Source: Balanoglossus misakiensis (lineage: Eukaryota; Animalia; Hemichordata). Taken from it: a DNA stretch of 64,000 nt. The notes beneath the pieces were generated by a model. That model was not told where the DNA came from. It made no database searches and saw only the letters and a program-made list of their open reading frames with translations. Shown one piece after another: positions 14,600-26,935 of this stretch (its first letter is position 1; every line of letters begins with the position of its first letter). Both the position numbers and the translations under genes were made by a program. The stretch is from positions 9,103,612 to 9,167,611 of the forward strand of contig CM082591.2 of the NCBI GenBank assembly GCA_040954595.2. Direction: 5' to 3'.

Positions 14600-16620
14600 T
14601 GGTTAACTTGAAATAGCTTATGTACATAATTATTGTGTTAAAGTTTAATACTTCATTAGGTGTTTGAGTCCTCCAAATTTGAAGGCAGTATCTGCTGTGC
14701 ATGCCAACTTATGGAAAAGTAGATCAAAGGTCATTGCCAAAATTATCAAAAGATTTGGGTTATGTCCTGGCAGCAGTAGTACTCATGTGAACAAAATCAT
14801 GACTGTTGTGCTTTTTAACAAGAGGCATATCCACATAAAATAAGTTCTGGAATAACTGGATCAAAGGACAAGCGAGAGTCGCAAACAAATTGTTTAATCA
14901 ATTTCTGTAAAATCTTGATCAAAGAACATGTGAAAGTAGTCTAATAATTGTGATATATTCTGGTCATATGGTGACTCATATCCATAAAAAGAATTTGTGT
15001 GGTTTCAATGAATAGGCTAGAAATAGGAAATTTTAGTCTTTTATCGGAGATCAGAAAATCCAATTTGGCTCCAATAAGGTTTACCCAATCACAATTTACT
15101 TGAAAACTTGAGTAGAAAAAGATTTGTGAAATTTTTCATGAGATTTTTCAAAAATCCAATATGGCAACCAAAGTGACATGACCACTAATGATATTATTGT
15201 CAAACATTGAACCGCACAGTAAATTAGAACTTGATTTGCCTTGTAGTTGTTGAAAAGATGTCAATTTTCAAGGGTTATCAGAATATCCAATATGGCCACC
15301 ATTAAGAAGAAATGGGACAGGCCCAAGCGGTTAGCATGGTTCCAACAGAAAGCAAAGGCTGTTTTGTTGTGGATTCCAAGCAATGATAAGTTAGCAAGAG
15401 GTCACGCAAAATTGTGACACAAATTTTTGATCTTAAACTGATAAGTATCCAACAAAAACCACACTTCTATAAAGCTCTATTTGTTTACTTGAAATAGCTT
15501 ATGTACAAAATTATTGTGTTAATGTTTAATACTTCACTAGGTGTTCCAGTCCACCAAATGTGAAGGCTGTATCTGCTGTACATTCCAAGGCATGGGATAG
15601 TAGATCAAAGGTCATTGCCAAAATTATCAAGAGATTTGGGTTATGTCCTGGCAGCAGTAGTACTCATGTGAACAAAATCATGACTGTTGTGCATTTTAAC
15701 AATAGGCATATCCACATAAAATAAGTTCTGGAATTACTGGATCAAAGAACATGCGAGAGTCGCAAACAAATTGTTTAATCGAGTTCTGTAAAAACTTGAT
15801 TAAGGATATGTGAAAGTAGTCTAATAATTGTGATATATTCTGGTCACATGGTGACTCATATCCATAAAAAGAATGTGTGGTTTCAATGAGTAGGCTAGAA
15901 ATAGGAAATTTTAGTCTCTTATCGGAGATCAGAAAATCCAATTTGGCTCCAATAAGGTTTAACTAATCACAATTCACTTGAAAACTTGATTAGAAATAGA
16001 TTTTTGAAAAAAAATTTATGATATTTTTCAAAAATCCAATTATGCATCCAAAGCCACATGACCACTACTGATATTATTGTCAAACATTGAACCGCACATT
16101 AAATTAGAACTTGATTGGCCCTGTAGTTTATGAAAAAAAATGTCAACTTTTAAAGGTTATCTGAAAATCCAATATGGCCGCCATGAAGAAGACAATTAAA
16201 ACATTCACTAAAAGCAGCATTGAAGGGACCAAAATGGTTAGCATGGTTCCAACAGAAATCAAAGGCTGTATCTGTTATGGATGCTGAGAAATGGCAAGTA
16301 AGCCAGAGGTCACGCAAATTTGGGCCAACAAATTTTGATATCAAACTAAGCTGTGTCCAACAGAAAACATACTTCTAAGCTCTATTGGTTAACTTGAAAT
16401 AGCTTATGTACATAATTATTGTGTTAAAGTTTAATACTTCATTAGGTGTTTCAGTCCTCCAAATTTGAAGGCTGTATCTGCTGTGCATGGCAACTTATGG
16501 AAAAGTACATCAAAGGTCATTGCCAAAATTATCAACATTTTTGGGTTATGTCCTGGAAGCAGTAGTATTCATGTGAACAAAATCATGACTGTTGGGCTCT
16601 TTAACAAGATGCATATCTAT
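14600..16620. repeat. Diverged tandem repeat of ~880-900-bp units (about 2.3 copies), related to internal repeats of the Helentron-like element at 54-57 kb
   Basis: CTTGAAATAGCTTATGTACA recurs near 14607, 15488 and 16393. It shares the motifs CAAAGGTCATTGCCAAAATT and AAAATCCAATATGGC with 54288-57270. Confidence 0.75.
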
Positions 16621-17081
16621 GTATAATTTACTTCTTAAAAATAATGTAAATGACACTGTGGTGCCATTTGGGGATAACACAGAAATTAGGTATTCGCCAG
16701 AATTAAAATAACGGACGACATTGGCAAGCATATTTGGCATTACTATTTAAATACTACGGAAACTATGCCCAATCAAGTGTTATGTGTCACAGCAATCTTA
16801 CAAGCAGCACTAAAAAACAACAACCGATTTTTGTCCAAAAACTGTCTGTAAAAATACATGCAAGTATGACAAGCTAATTAGTCCAATCAGACAGAGGCAT
16901 TCACTGACCTACCACCAGTTTATAATAAAATAGCTGGTGGTCCCTGTAACAGCTGGACCATAAAAATTATATAAGGAAGTTCAGTTAAAAATTTACTCCA
17001 AGATTGCCGTTTATTTTTCTCATAATTTTTGTTATATATCTGTCTTGAAATTGAAGAAAGTACTCAGATTTTAGCATGGTT

Positions 17082-18485
17082 CTCACTCACATGAATGCTG
17101 GCATCTGTGTTGACAGGTTGACCCCATCATTGCGTGGTGGCTTGCTAGGAATAAACGTTGTCTCCTCTGAACAGTTGCCACAGGTAAACGGGCCCACAGC
17201 AGACGAGTTGATTTTAGCAGGTGCCAAGCCTATTGGCCAGCGCTGGGAATACACAAAATATATTGATGCAATGAATGAATGAACACAATACGTGGTGGCT
17301 TGGTAAATCTAAAACGGACTGGTTACTCCACTGAAATTCAGCCTAAGTCTGTGTGATACGCAACTCAGACCAACTCAGCTCAGCTCACATGGCGCGTTGA
17401 ATTAATCATTCGTTTGCCAGACGGTCTTATTGGACCCCCCCCCAGTTTACATGGCCTGTGAGGGCGTACTTTACAGAAAATATAGGGTACTTTCTCCATT
17501 TTTATTACAGATCTAAAATAGGCATTATGAATTATTCAGCAAAGACAATAGATCAGTCCTGATACTCACTCACATGAATGCTGGCATCTGTGTTGACAGG
17601 TTGACCCCATCATTGCGTGGTGGCTTGCTAGGAAGAAACGTTGTCTCCTCTGAACAGTTGCCACAGGTAAAAGGGCCCACAGCAGACGAGTTGATTTTAG
17701 CAGGTGCCAAGCCTATTGGCCAGCGCTGGGAATACACAAAATATATTGATGCAATGAATGAATGAACACAATACGTGGTGGCTTGGTAAATCTAAAACGG
17801 ACTGGTTACTCCACTGAAATTCAGCCTAAGTCTGCGTGATAAGCAACTCAGACCAACTCAGCTCAGCTCATATGGCGCGTTGAATTAATCATTCGTTTGC
17901 CAGACGGTCTTATTGGACCCCCCCCCCCCAGTTTACATGGCCTGTGAGGGCGTACTTTACAGAAAATATAGGGTACTTTCTCCATTTTTATTACAGATCT
18001 AAAATAGGCATTATGAATTATTCAGCAAAGACAATAGATCAGTCCTGATACTCACTCACATGAATGCTGGCATCTGTGTTGACAGGTTGACCCCATCATT
18101 GCGTGGTGGCTTGCTAGGAAGAAACGTTGTCTCCTCTGAACAGTTGCCACAGGTAAAAGGGCCCACAGCAGACGAGTTGATTTTAGCAGGTGCCAAGCCT
18201 ATTGGCCAGCGCTGGGAATACACAAAATATATTGATGCAATGAATGAATGAACACAATACGTGGTGGCTTGGTAAATCTAAAACGGACTGGTTACTCCAC
18301 TGAAATTCAGCCTAAGTCTGCGTGATAAGCAACTCAGACCAACTCAGCTCAGCTCATATGGCGCGTTGAATTAATCATTCGTTTGCCAGACGGTCTTATT
18401 GGACCCCCCCCCCCCCAGTTTACATGGCCTGTGAGGGCGTACTTTACAGAAAATATAGGGTACTTTCTCCATTTTTATTACAGAT
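17082..18485. repeat. Near-perfect tandem triplication of a ~485-bp unit containing a minus-strand exon
   Basis: Units start at about 17082, 17565 and 18051 (periods 483 and 486, differing mainly in a poly-C run). Only a few substitutions separate the copies. Confidence 0.95.
17091..17242 (-). other. Exon-like segment (152 nt), copy 1 of 3; other copies at 17574-17725 and 18060-18211
   Basis: Acceptor TTCCCAG and donor GTGAGT. Only one frame is open: RWPIGLAPAKINSSAVGPFTCGNCSEETTFIPSKPPRNDGVNLSTQMPAF. Product not recognised. Confidence 0.5.
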
Positions 18486-19519
18486 ATCTTAGTAGGTTAT
18501 AATAAAGAAAATTATCAAAATCGGTTCACCGGTTTTCAAGGTACAAAGGCATCAAATAATACTGAGGTTCTCAAGTATCTTCAACATTTTTCAAAGAATT
18601 TTACCCAATTATATAAAAATGCAAGATTCACAGAAGATTACGTCTTTCAGTTTTACAGGAGATCATCTTGTAAAAAATATATCTCTACTTTTTGCATGGC
18701 ACCATGGTAAAATATGAAAATTTGCAATTTTTGATGTTCCGTATCTCAATCAGGTTTGATCTAATTGTTAAGAAATTTTCAGATTATATTACAATATATG
18801 TGCAGATACACATAGTGACTTAAGTTTTTGATATCTGGATTATAATTTAAATTCCCAGGCTCTCAAATATGGTTAACCCAGCATTTTAACATAGCAAATG
18901 GGCGGCCATATTGGGTTGACATTTCATTAGATGGCAATATTTGTTAATAATTTTTCTGCTGCTTTTATGATTCTTTTTTCACCGTCTTTTGTAACTCGCA
19001 CTGAGATGTATGTGTAGTGCGTGTAAGAAATAAATATTATTATTATTATTATACACTGCAATTTGCTGAAAATCAGTTCAATCACTGTAGTAAGCGGAAA
19101 TATTTAAATTCTTGTAAATTTTTAGCAATCATAAAGCTGATATTACTACCAAAATAATATTTTATACAGTTACTTCTGGACGGCAAAAATTGCCATCATT
19201 CAAGTCAAAGTCTCAGATCGGCCCTTATGCTTGCCTGTGTCGAGCGGATATCAAAAGTGGAGAAAGTTGGATAGTTTAATTTCTACATGTTACCTGTACT
19301 ATCCTTGTAGACTATTACCATTAACAAGAATTTCATATTAAATTTTGGTATGATATGCATGGAAAGACTGGCTGGCTATAAATCATGAAAATGGATGCCA
19401 TTGCACCATACGGTTTTTAATGCACACACACGTATTTTAAGCAAACTGTGTCTTTCATGTATTCCACTTTTCTCACTTCCTTGCTGGCTTTCTCTATTTC
19501 TTTTCTGACTGTGTCTTAC

Positions 19520-19747
19520 GAAATTACAGATTTTTTGGTAATTCAATTTCTGGCTCAAATAAATGTACTAGAGCTGGTAAGGTTTCCTGAACATTAATCC
19601 CTGTATCTTTAACGCAGGTGTGTAAGTTTATATAAAGTTCATTGGTTAAAGGAATATTATGAGCTGATAAATTTACTAAGCTCTTCTTTCCAGTTAGAAG
19701 CTCTGCTATATTATCAACTACTCTCAATGCTACTTCAATAATGTTGC
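19520..19747 (-). pseudogene. Exon-like segment of an unidentified gene with an in-frame TAA near its 3' end
   Basis: CAG acceptor at 19748-19750 and GTAAG donor at 19515-19519. Reads GNIIEVALRVVDNIAELL...EPEIELPKNL* (TAA at 19524-19526). Confidence 0.35.
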
Positions 19748-21538
19748 CTGTGCAAATAAAGAATCAAAATATCCATTAGTTAGACAACATATTTGGTTGG
19801 GTAATTACAGAATAATTACTTAATTCCATGCATACTCTACCTAAACTCAAACTAGAATATATAACTGAAATTATAATTATACACAGATCTATGAAATGAT
19901 AAGAAAATGTATAATCTAGGAAAGAACACCCATGGGCATTCAGCTCTTAGCAGATAACATCAGTCACTTTGAAGACATGTCACTTCCCAGACTTTACTAA
20001 AAAGAACTTGAAGTGAAACTCATCTCCAAGTTGCATACACAATATTATTATATACTGTTAGAGATTTATAATGGTTTAAGTGAAAAAAATAAAGAGATGT
20101 AAACACCCCTGCCATTTATTCAGTGCCATGTAATGCTGCCATTATGCACTGATTGACTCTAGCCACTTTCCCAGTAGGAGGAAAAATACTTTAATGGCAA
20201 CACCAACATATGACGTTAACAAGCGGGAAGAAACGAAAGTTACTCAGTTTTGGGCATTTTATTTTTATTTGCAAGATCGAGAAATTAAAATATGACAAGT
20301 TTAGAAATCAATCAAATTACACAAAATGTCCCACTTCGTATGGTGGCCATATTGGATTCTAAACTCCCTAGTAATATAAACATATAGTGTACTTAGTGAG
20401 TCTCAGTATAGGGTAATCAACACAATGAGACAAAAACTTGGGTTACCCATTCGAATATTCGTATCAAATTTCAAAGCAATCCCATATGCAGTTTCAGAAA
20501 AAAATCAGTATTTTCTCCAAAATTGAACAATATCTTACTTCAATCGCTTCAGGGAACATGCCTACCATAGCTCAAGGCAATCTGACATGCAGTTTGAAAG
20601 AAAATAATTTTTGATGAAAAATTCCACAACTTTCACACACAAAACGCAAATATGTAAATTTCAAGTATTTTTTTTAAACATCTCATTTAATTATCCCCAA
20701 GGTACAGGCCTACAAAATTTGAAAGCAATCTCACCAGCGGTTTTAGAGAAAACATTTTTTGACCAAAAATGGCAAAAATTGCTACAAAATTATAAATATG
20801 CACATTTTTCATCAACCAGGTTTTCATCAACTGGGACCACACATACAAAAGTATGATTCAAAGCAACACGACTCTTGGAGGAAAAATGCTTGTCACCCTG
20901 GTCAAAGAATTGGCTTTACTAAAACGTCAAATTGGTTATCTCTCAAAGCTAAAAGGGTTATCACCAACAAACAGATTACAATGCCTGAGTTAAAATGTTT
21001 AAGACATTTTCTTTATTTGTGGTTTTGATTTTATCGGTTTTCCCAATAAAAATTAGCATAATTTTTTAAGTATGACAACGGAGAGGTGGAAATCTCACCA
21101 GAAAAGCGAAAATACGCCAACCACATGTAAACAGTAAAAAGGTTACGAAAAAACAAACAAACAGAAAAGCGAAAATACACCAACCACGTTTAAACCGTAA
21201 AATAAAAAAAAACCTTGCAAACACCGAGTTGTCTCATATAAAAACCTCAAAAAACGTATGGAATTATGCATGGAAAGATACCGTCGTCTAGACTTTCTCG
21301 ATTATGACTTCCTTGTCTCCTGATTCGGGAGCCAGCGCAGCCATACCCAGAATAGCCGAGAGGCTAGCTGCACGCCCGTAGCTCGGAATAGTTTCTGGAA
21401 TTAGACCTACTTCTGTACAACTACAAGGTGTTGTACGGATAGCTGCAAATCACCCAATACCAGACAAAACAATCGAGCGACGGTAACGTAGCTATATAGG
21501 CGATTGTACTAAAAGCAACGACTGGAATATGAGCTTAC

Positions 21539-21700
21539 CGAAAAGACGTCTTGATCCCGCGGCAAGTAGAAGGAAAGTGGTCGATACACGGCGTCGCACA
21601 CCGGAAACGGGTCAATGATCACCTGTTGTTATGGTGAGTAGAACGTGTTACCCAATCACAGACCAAAGTTAGCATTACGACACACTAATGAATATGCATA
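21539..21700 (-). promoter_or_regulatory. Putative promoter and non-coding first exon of the minus-strand unit
   Basis: CpG-richer island with a GTAAGC donor at 21533-21538, a CCAATCA box at ~21652 and an ETS-like CCGGAA at ~21601. No ATG in the open frame. Confidence 0.35.
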
Positions 21701-22743
21701 CATGCTACAGCTGCATATGTTATTTCTTTAGAACGCTCTGGAACATGCTCGCATTCGAAAGAATATCTCATTTGCTTCTTGAGTGTGAGTGCATCATCGT
21801 CTACACAATAAAAATCGGGGGGGGGGGGCACAGTGGGTAATTTCTACCACAACCACGCATTTCAAACCAGGCAAGCGAACTGCAAACTTCCGGTGTCTGA
21901 GCAAGGGGTTTGATGTGCCTTGTGTTGTGCACACTATAATACTTCCCAATGTGTTTCTCTTTCTGTGTCAGTTCGGTCAGTCAGACCACGACACCCGAGA
22001 TCGTAAAATGCTTGGGTTAGGTCGTCGAGGAGGCTGCAACTGCGGCCACAGGTCAAGTCGGTGTGTGTTGTAAAAGACGTATTTCATGTGGGACCAAAAT
22101 TTGTGTCATAAACCCCTGCGTCGCTCACGGTGATTGGTAGCTCTAATGTCCCTATGTCCCCTTTCCGTGCAGTCATTGGCTGCCTATACGACATTTCGTC
22201 TCATTAGTATTTACTGTTCCGAATTCAGCTCATTCATTGGCTGCTTTACGTTCTGGTCCCTTGCCTCACTTTCGAGTGTTCATTGCCTCGTTCTTTTATG
22301 TGCTCCTCACCGTCACGTAATATGCGGGACTAGCCAAAGACTCCCAGACTCCAGGTGTTTCAATCTTGACTTTGTGAAGCCGCCAATTTTCCCCAACTAA
22401 AAAGAAACGTGGGCCTAGGAGCGACGTGATTGAATCATGGAAACTGTTTCGGGCAACAGAAACCCCAAGAGCATATTGACACTTTGCGATTTTTAAACCA
22501 TCTTTTCATTTGTCCCCTTTTCAGTGTTTGTTTTGCCATTACCAAACACATTGTCAAGCTAACGCAAAAAATAAAATCGCGTGGCTGAAAAGTACTCGGT
22601 AATACCAATGTCTCTGCGCGCGCGCACACACACACACACACACGTCAACGCAGTTGCATATTTCGAATATAACAAGTACAAAAAAACACATCATTATTTT
22701 ATTTTAAAGATCTTTAGCTTAGCTAGTAGATTTGCGCCAAGAC

Positions 22744-23922
22744 TCAACGCATGAAACGATACAATCTGATATGTCGCTGGGCTAAAAATGCGCACACTTC
22801 TACAATAATCGGCATTAGCCAACGTGGGTGCCGATAAACAGAATTAATTGCCCTATAAGTTTTCATATATTTTATGGCATGTTCAACATAAATTCGGGCA
22901 AAATTAAATTCTCTATTGAATACGAGCATCTTTGGGCGGTACGGACCACGCAACTCACGGGTTGGAAATCTCGTTAATAGCGGATACATATTTGGGTATC
23001 CTTGGTCAGCCAAAAAATATACATCTCGTGGAATCTGCAATTCACCTTTCAACCCTATCGATGGTAACAATCTGTACTGCATGGCATCATTAGCATGTCC
23101 CAGAAATCCCGACTGAATGAAAATAATGTTACATTGATTGTCCACAATAACTTGGGTGCTCATTGCATGATGACGAGCGTATCCACTGTAAAAGTTATGC
23201 TGTTCTTCAACTTCGGGACGATATATTTCATGTAGAGTACCATCGATTGTACCTACGGCATTAGGAAAATGTTCCCATTGTCCACGTAGTTGTCCAAAGC
23301 GTTCCAACGATGGCCAGCGGACGCTACGTCGAAAGTAATGCCAAATTAATGAGAGAAGGTGACGTATTTCTCTATGAATAGTCGTGTTGCTTACCCCAAA
23401 CCACGCTGCTAGTAAGTCTAGAGTAGGATAATGCCGTAGCCAAATAAAAGTGAGAAGAAAACGATTTCTTGAATCCATGGCAGGATGACGACGTAGATTC
23501 GGTTCCAGGTCATGTATAATAACTTCCATCGATTGAATGGTTTCTCCAGTTAACATCCAGAAATGGCGAGGACGTCCTTGTATATAATGGTGTCCAAACA
23601 TCTACGCCATTACCTCGGCCAATACCATCATCGTTTGAAAAAGCAGGTTGTATATGGTTGGTGGTCGTCGTAAAGGTGGACGCAGGATGACACACAACAG
23701 ACGTGTCAAGATCTGGATAAACGACAGATCATCAACCAACTGCGCTAGATGATACACTTCCCGTTCTTCAGAATACATTGGGAGATGGATGACCACGGAG
23801 ACTATAGACAATATCACCATCATACTTCGGATACAAGATATGAGGAGCAATATTTGATTTCGCTGGAGCGGCATTTTGAATGATATTGAAGTTTGTGGTG
23901 TTCCGTTTGAAGATGCTTTCAC
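22744..23922 (-). CDS. Harbinger/HARBI1-like DDE transposase (HTH + DDE_Tnp_4), ~392 codons, interrupted by a TAG at 23602-23604
   Basis: HTH-like segment FLLTFIWLRHYPTLDLLAAWFGVSNTTIHR and catalytic motifs GTIDGT, GHANDA, LADQGYP and ARIYVEHAI. ORFs 23602-23922 and 22744-23601 are in one frame separated by a single stop. AATAAA on the minus strand at 22698-22703. Confidence 0.88.
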
Positions 23923-24359
23923 GATGTGGGATTTGTCGCATACACTAACTTGTACAACCCTATTCTAAGCATGCGTTGCGAAATACAGTTTTAACATGTC
24001 TAAAGTTTCATTTGCATAACCGGACCGTTGACCAGTCACAAATAAGCAGGAGTGGGATCACATCGCACTCCAGATGTTCAATTTTGAATGCCAATAGACA
24101 CGGAGGCATCCACAAGTTGTTTCTTATTTCCCTTTTCATTTTTTGTATGGCTGAAAATTAACCATTTATTTTCTACTTTTAATGTCATCAACCCTTTTGA
24201 AATAGTTTTCAGCAAAGTTTAATGTGACCAGAAATCATGTATAATTCATATGGCCAATAAAACTTTGATTCGATTCTGTAAAATTAGTCGATCACACGAG
24301 GGATACCTGCAGATTAATAAGGAGTCAATTTGCCGTATCCGATTCATTTCGCGACAGCC

Positions 24360-25404
24360 ATGGCTTCTACGCGTACACCACGCTGTGTTGTAACGGACGC
24401 CGAGATAAATTTGATTAGGGCCGGGATGAGAATCCATAATACAAATTATGGAAATATTGTCCATTTCATGAGACAGTCTGGTCGTTTGGCCAACAGTGGG
24501 ATGCCAGCCAATGCAGTACGGCTCTATCAAACCAGACTGATGAAACCACTGCGTCGGCGTGTTCGAGATGTTGTCGCTAAACGTATCTCAGAGTAAGTTT
24601 TATTATAGTTTCAAACCGAGGGGAGTATTTCTCAAACAGGGAATGCACATGAAGTCTGTGAAATGTGAGTTTGACGGGTATTGTCTCCCAGAAAAGCACG
24701 AAATTTCGTATTGCATCTATCGCAGCCAAAGTTTCTGTGTTTCTCTATGTAACTCCTCTGCTAATTTGCATATTTTGTCTTGACCGTTTCTTTGAATATA
24801 ATTCACAAGTACACGTATGGCAAATATTGATATCTCCACTATCATTGAAATCTAGCTATGAAATACAGTACGATTTTTAATATTCATGTGCCGTCCTGGT
24901 AATCAGTCAGCAATTTTTGTTTATAGCGTCCGACAAATGCGTGAACGGGAGATGAGGTATGCGGCGCTGAGAACACCGGAGCAGAGGGCACCGGTACAAG
25001 CACTGGCACCACGACCACCTCCACCACCACCACTGCCCCCGCCGCCGACACAAGCGCCTCCACCACCACCACCACAGCCGCTACCGCAAGCGCCTCCACC
25101 ACCGACACAAGCACCACCACCACCACCACAGCCACAACCACTTCTACCAGAAGATGAACCTCCTGCTGCCGATGAGCCCTTGGACCATCACAGGGAGCCC
25201 AATCCTGATGATGACGACGGGAGGGGGATCCCTGCACCAGAGGACGCCCAAGAGAGACCACCACAGGGCAGAAGACGGCTGTACCATCTAGTGCGAGAGG
25301 CCCATGAATTATATGTGGACTTCTTGAGAAACACTCTCCCTGACACTATGGCGAATGTAAATCGCACGCTGGATCGCCTCAACGACCACTTAGACAGATT
25401 GTGA
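24360..25404 (+). CDS. Two-exon transposon accessory gene (236 aa): N-terminal Myb/SANT-like helix region, polyproline linker, C-terminal amphipathic or coiled-coil helix
   Basis: Exon 1 24360-24592 (strong Kozak GCCATGG, donor GA|GTAAGT). Exon 2 24927-25404 (acceptor TTTTTGTTTATAG|C). The junction codon GA+C=Asp keeps the frame. VTDAEINLIRAGMRIHNTNYGNI resembles the Myb/SANT pattern. AATAAA at 25417-25422. Confidence 0.78.
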
Positions 25405-26430
25405 GCACATAACACGAATAAAATATTTTTTTATCTATCACCACATCATTTCTCATTTATCTGTTTTTTTTTAATATTCCCCACCACCAATGCAACAGCC
25501 CCTTACATGAAGACTTAGCCTTTTAGTGATAGTATGTTGTATCGATAAAGAGCATATTGCAAACATATTGAAGGAAATGCCAATACAATTGCCAGGAAAC
25601 AAATAGCGAGAGCACAAACATTTCCCAGAGTTCCGCTGTTGAAGATATCTTTTTTTTATCTTTATACTGCCCAAATATGTTTTTATTTTCTAGGAATAGA
25701 AAAACAACAACACATATTTGACATTCAGGGGGTACCTAGACTCTATGGCAGTCGCTGTGCCTGTCGATAAGGAATGAAATTTTCATACTGCATACGACGC
25801 GCCGCCGCGCCAGGCAAAGCCACTAGCGACTGTGTGATTAGCGTCGCGTCCATATGATGTTCTAGCGGACGCGCATTTCAGTATTGGGGCAAGACTAGGG
25901 AATGGCCCGTAGCTTTGACGCCGGAGCTTCATGACACGGTGACAAACAATAGGGTGCAGCGCAGGTGCAAAACAAATTTAGTCTTTACATATGTTTCGAC
26001 CATGCTCTGTCTGGTAATGATTGGCTAGTCCCGCATATTACGTGACGGTGAGGAGCACATAAAAGAACGAGGCAATGAACACTCGAAAGTGAGGCAAGGG
26101 ACAAGAACGTAAAGCAGCCAATGAATGAGCTGAATTCGGAACAGTAAATACTAATGAGACGAAATAACGTATAGGCAGCCAATGACTGAACGGAAAGGGG
26201 ACATAGGGACATTAGAGCTACCAATCACCGTGAGCGACGCAGGGGTTTAGGACACAAATTTTGGTCCCACATGAAATACGTCTAGTCAAACATGGTAAAT
26301 GCGTCCCGAACAGCAACACGCTCGCTCTACCCACAGTCACTGTGCTCTACCTTTCTGTCGATCGTTTCCATGTCAGTTTCATGTTGGCTCGTTACAATGC
26401 CCCTATGCTTATCGTAATTCCGGGATCGTA

Positions 26431-26935
26431 ATTATTATTTCATTATTATTATGATTACTAGTTATCTTTATTTCAGACACAACCGTCCATAGAAATAGGT
26501 TACAAAAAACTGACACAAACACTAGAAAAGTAATAAATAAAATAAATGTAAAGAATATAATAGTTTTAAGAATCAATGTAAAATGTCAATCCAGTGGGCA
26601 TAAAGCACATATCACATGAGACAAGACGATTGATAAAAACATTGGGACTAGAACAGAGACTAACAGAAAAATTAAAAGCGACTTTTCTTCTCATGACGGA
26701 GAAGCAGTTTACGGCGTTTAGAACAAATGTATTAGAGGCACTTTCGTGTCCGGGGTGACCAAGAAGTCTTCGAAGTGCATTGTTGTGACATACGATGATA
26801 TTCTGGATATTATACAAATTAAAATCGCACCATAAATGAGAGTCATAAATGTTATTACAAAAGGTATTAAATGAACGCAATTTCACATCGACAGAACACG
26901 AATTGAACTTTCTCAGAAGAAAATTAGGCCTAGCC
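26431..26935 (-). mobile_element. 5'-truncated non-LTR retrotransposon (C-terminal ORF2 remnant, 3' UTR and (TAA)n tail)
   Basis: Reads RANFLLRKFNSCSVDVKLRSFNTFC...HLW...NNALRRLLGHPGHESAS, typical of post-RT C-termini of RTEX/L2-group LINEs. Followed by AATAAA and a TAA-repeat tail. Confidence 0.75.

Larger units (their letters stand above)
22075..26283. mobile_element. PIF/Harbinger-superfamily (PHIS) DNA transposon, 4.2 kb, with ~263-bp terminal inverted repeats
   Basis: TIR-L 22075-22337 (AGACGTATTTCATGTGGGACC...) is the reverse complement of TIR-R 26021-26283 with about 5 mismatches. The element encloses a DDE_Tnp_4-type transposase and a Myb-like gene in divergent orientation. No matching TSD (left flank AAA, right flank AGT). 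Confidence 0.9.

Noticed and set aside
17076-18251. Three plus-strand ORFs MNAGICVDRLT...
   Set aside because: They are the antisense of the triplicated exon, and splice signals support the minus strand.
22134-22400. Paired ORFs MVALMSLCPLS... at 22134-22400 (+) and 25985-26224 (-)
   Set aside because: They are chance translations of the two TIRs.
24884-25415. Val/Ala-rich minus-strand ORFs
   Set aside because: Antisense shadow of the polyproline exon.
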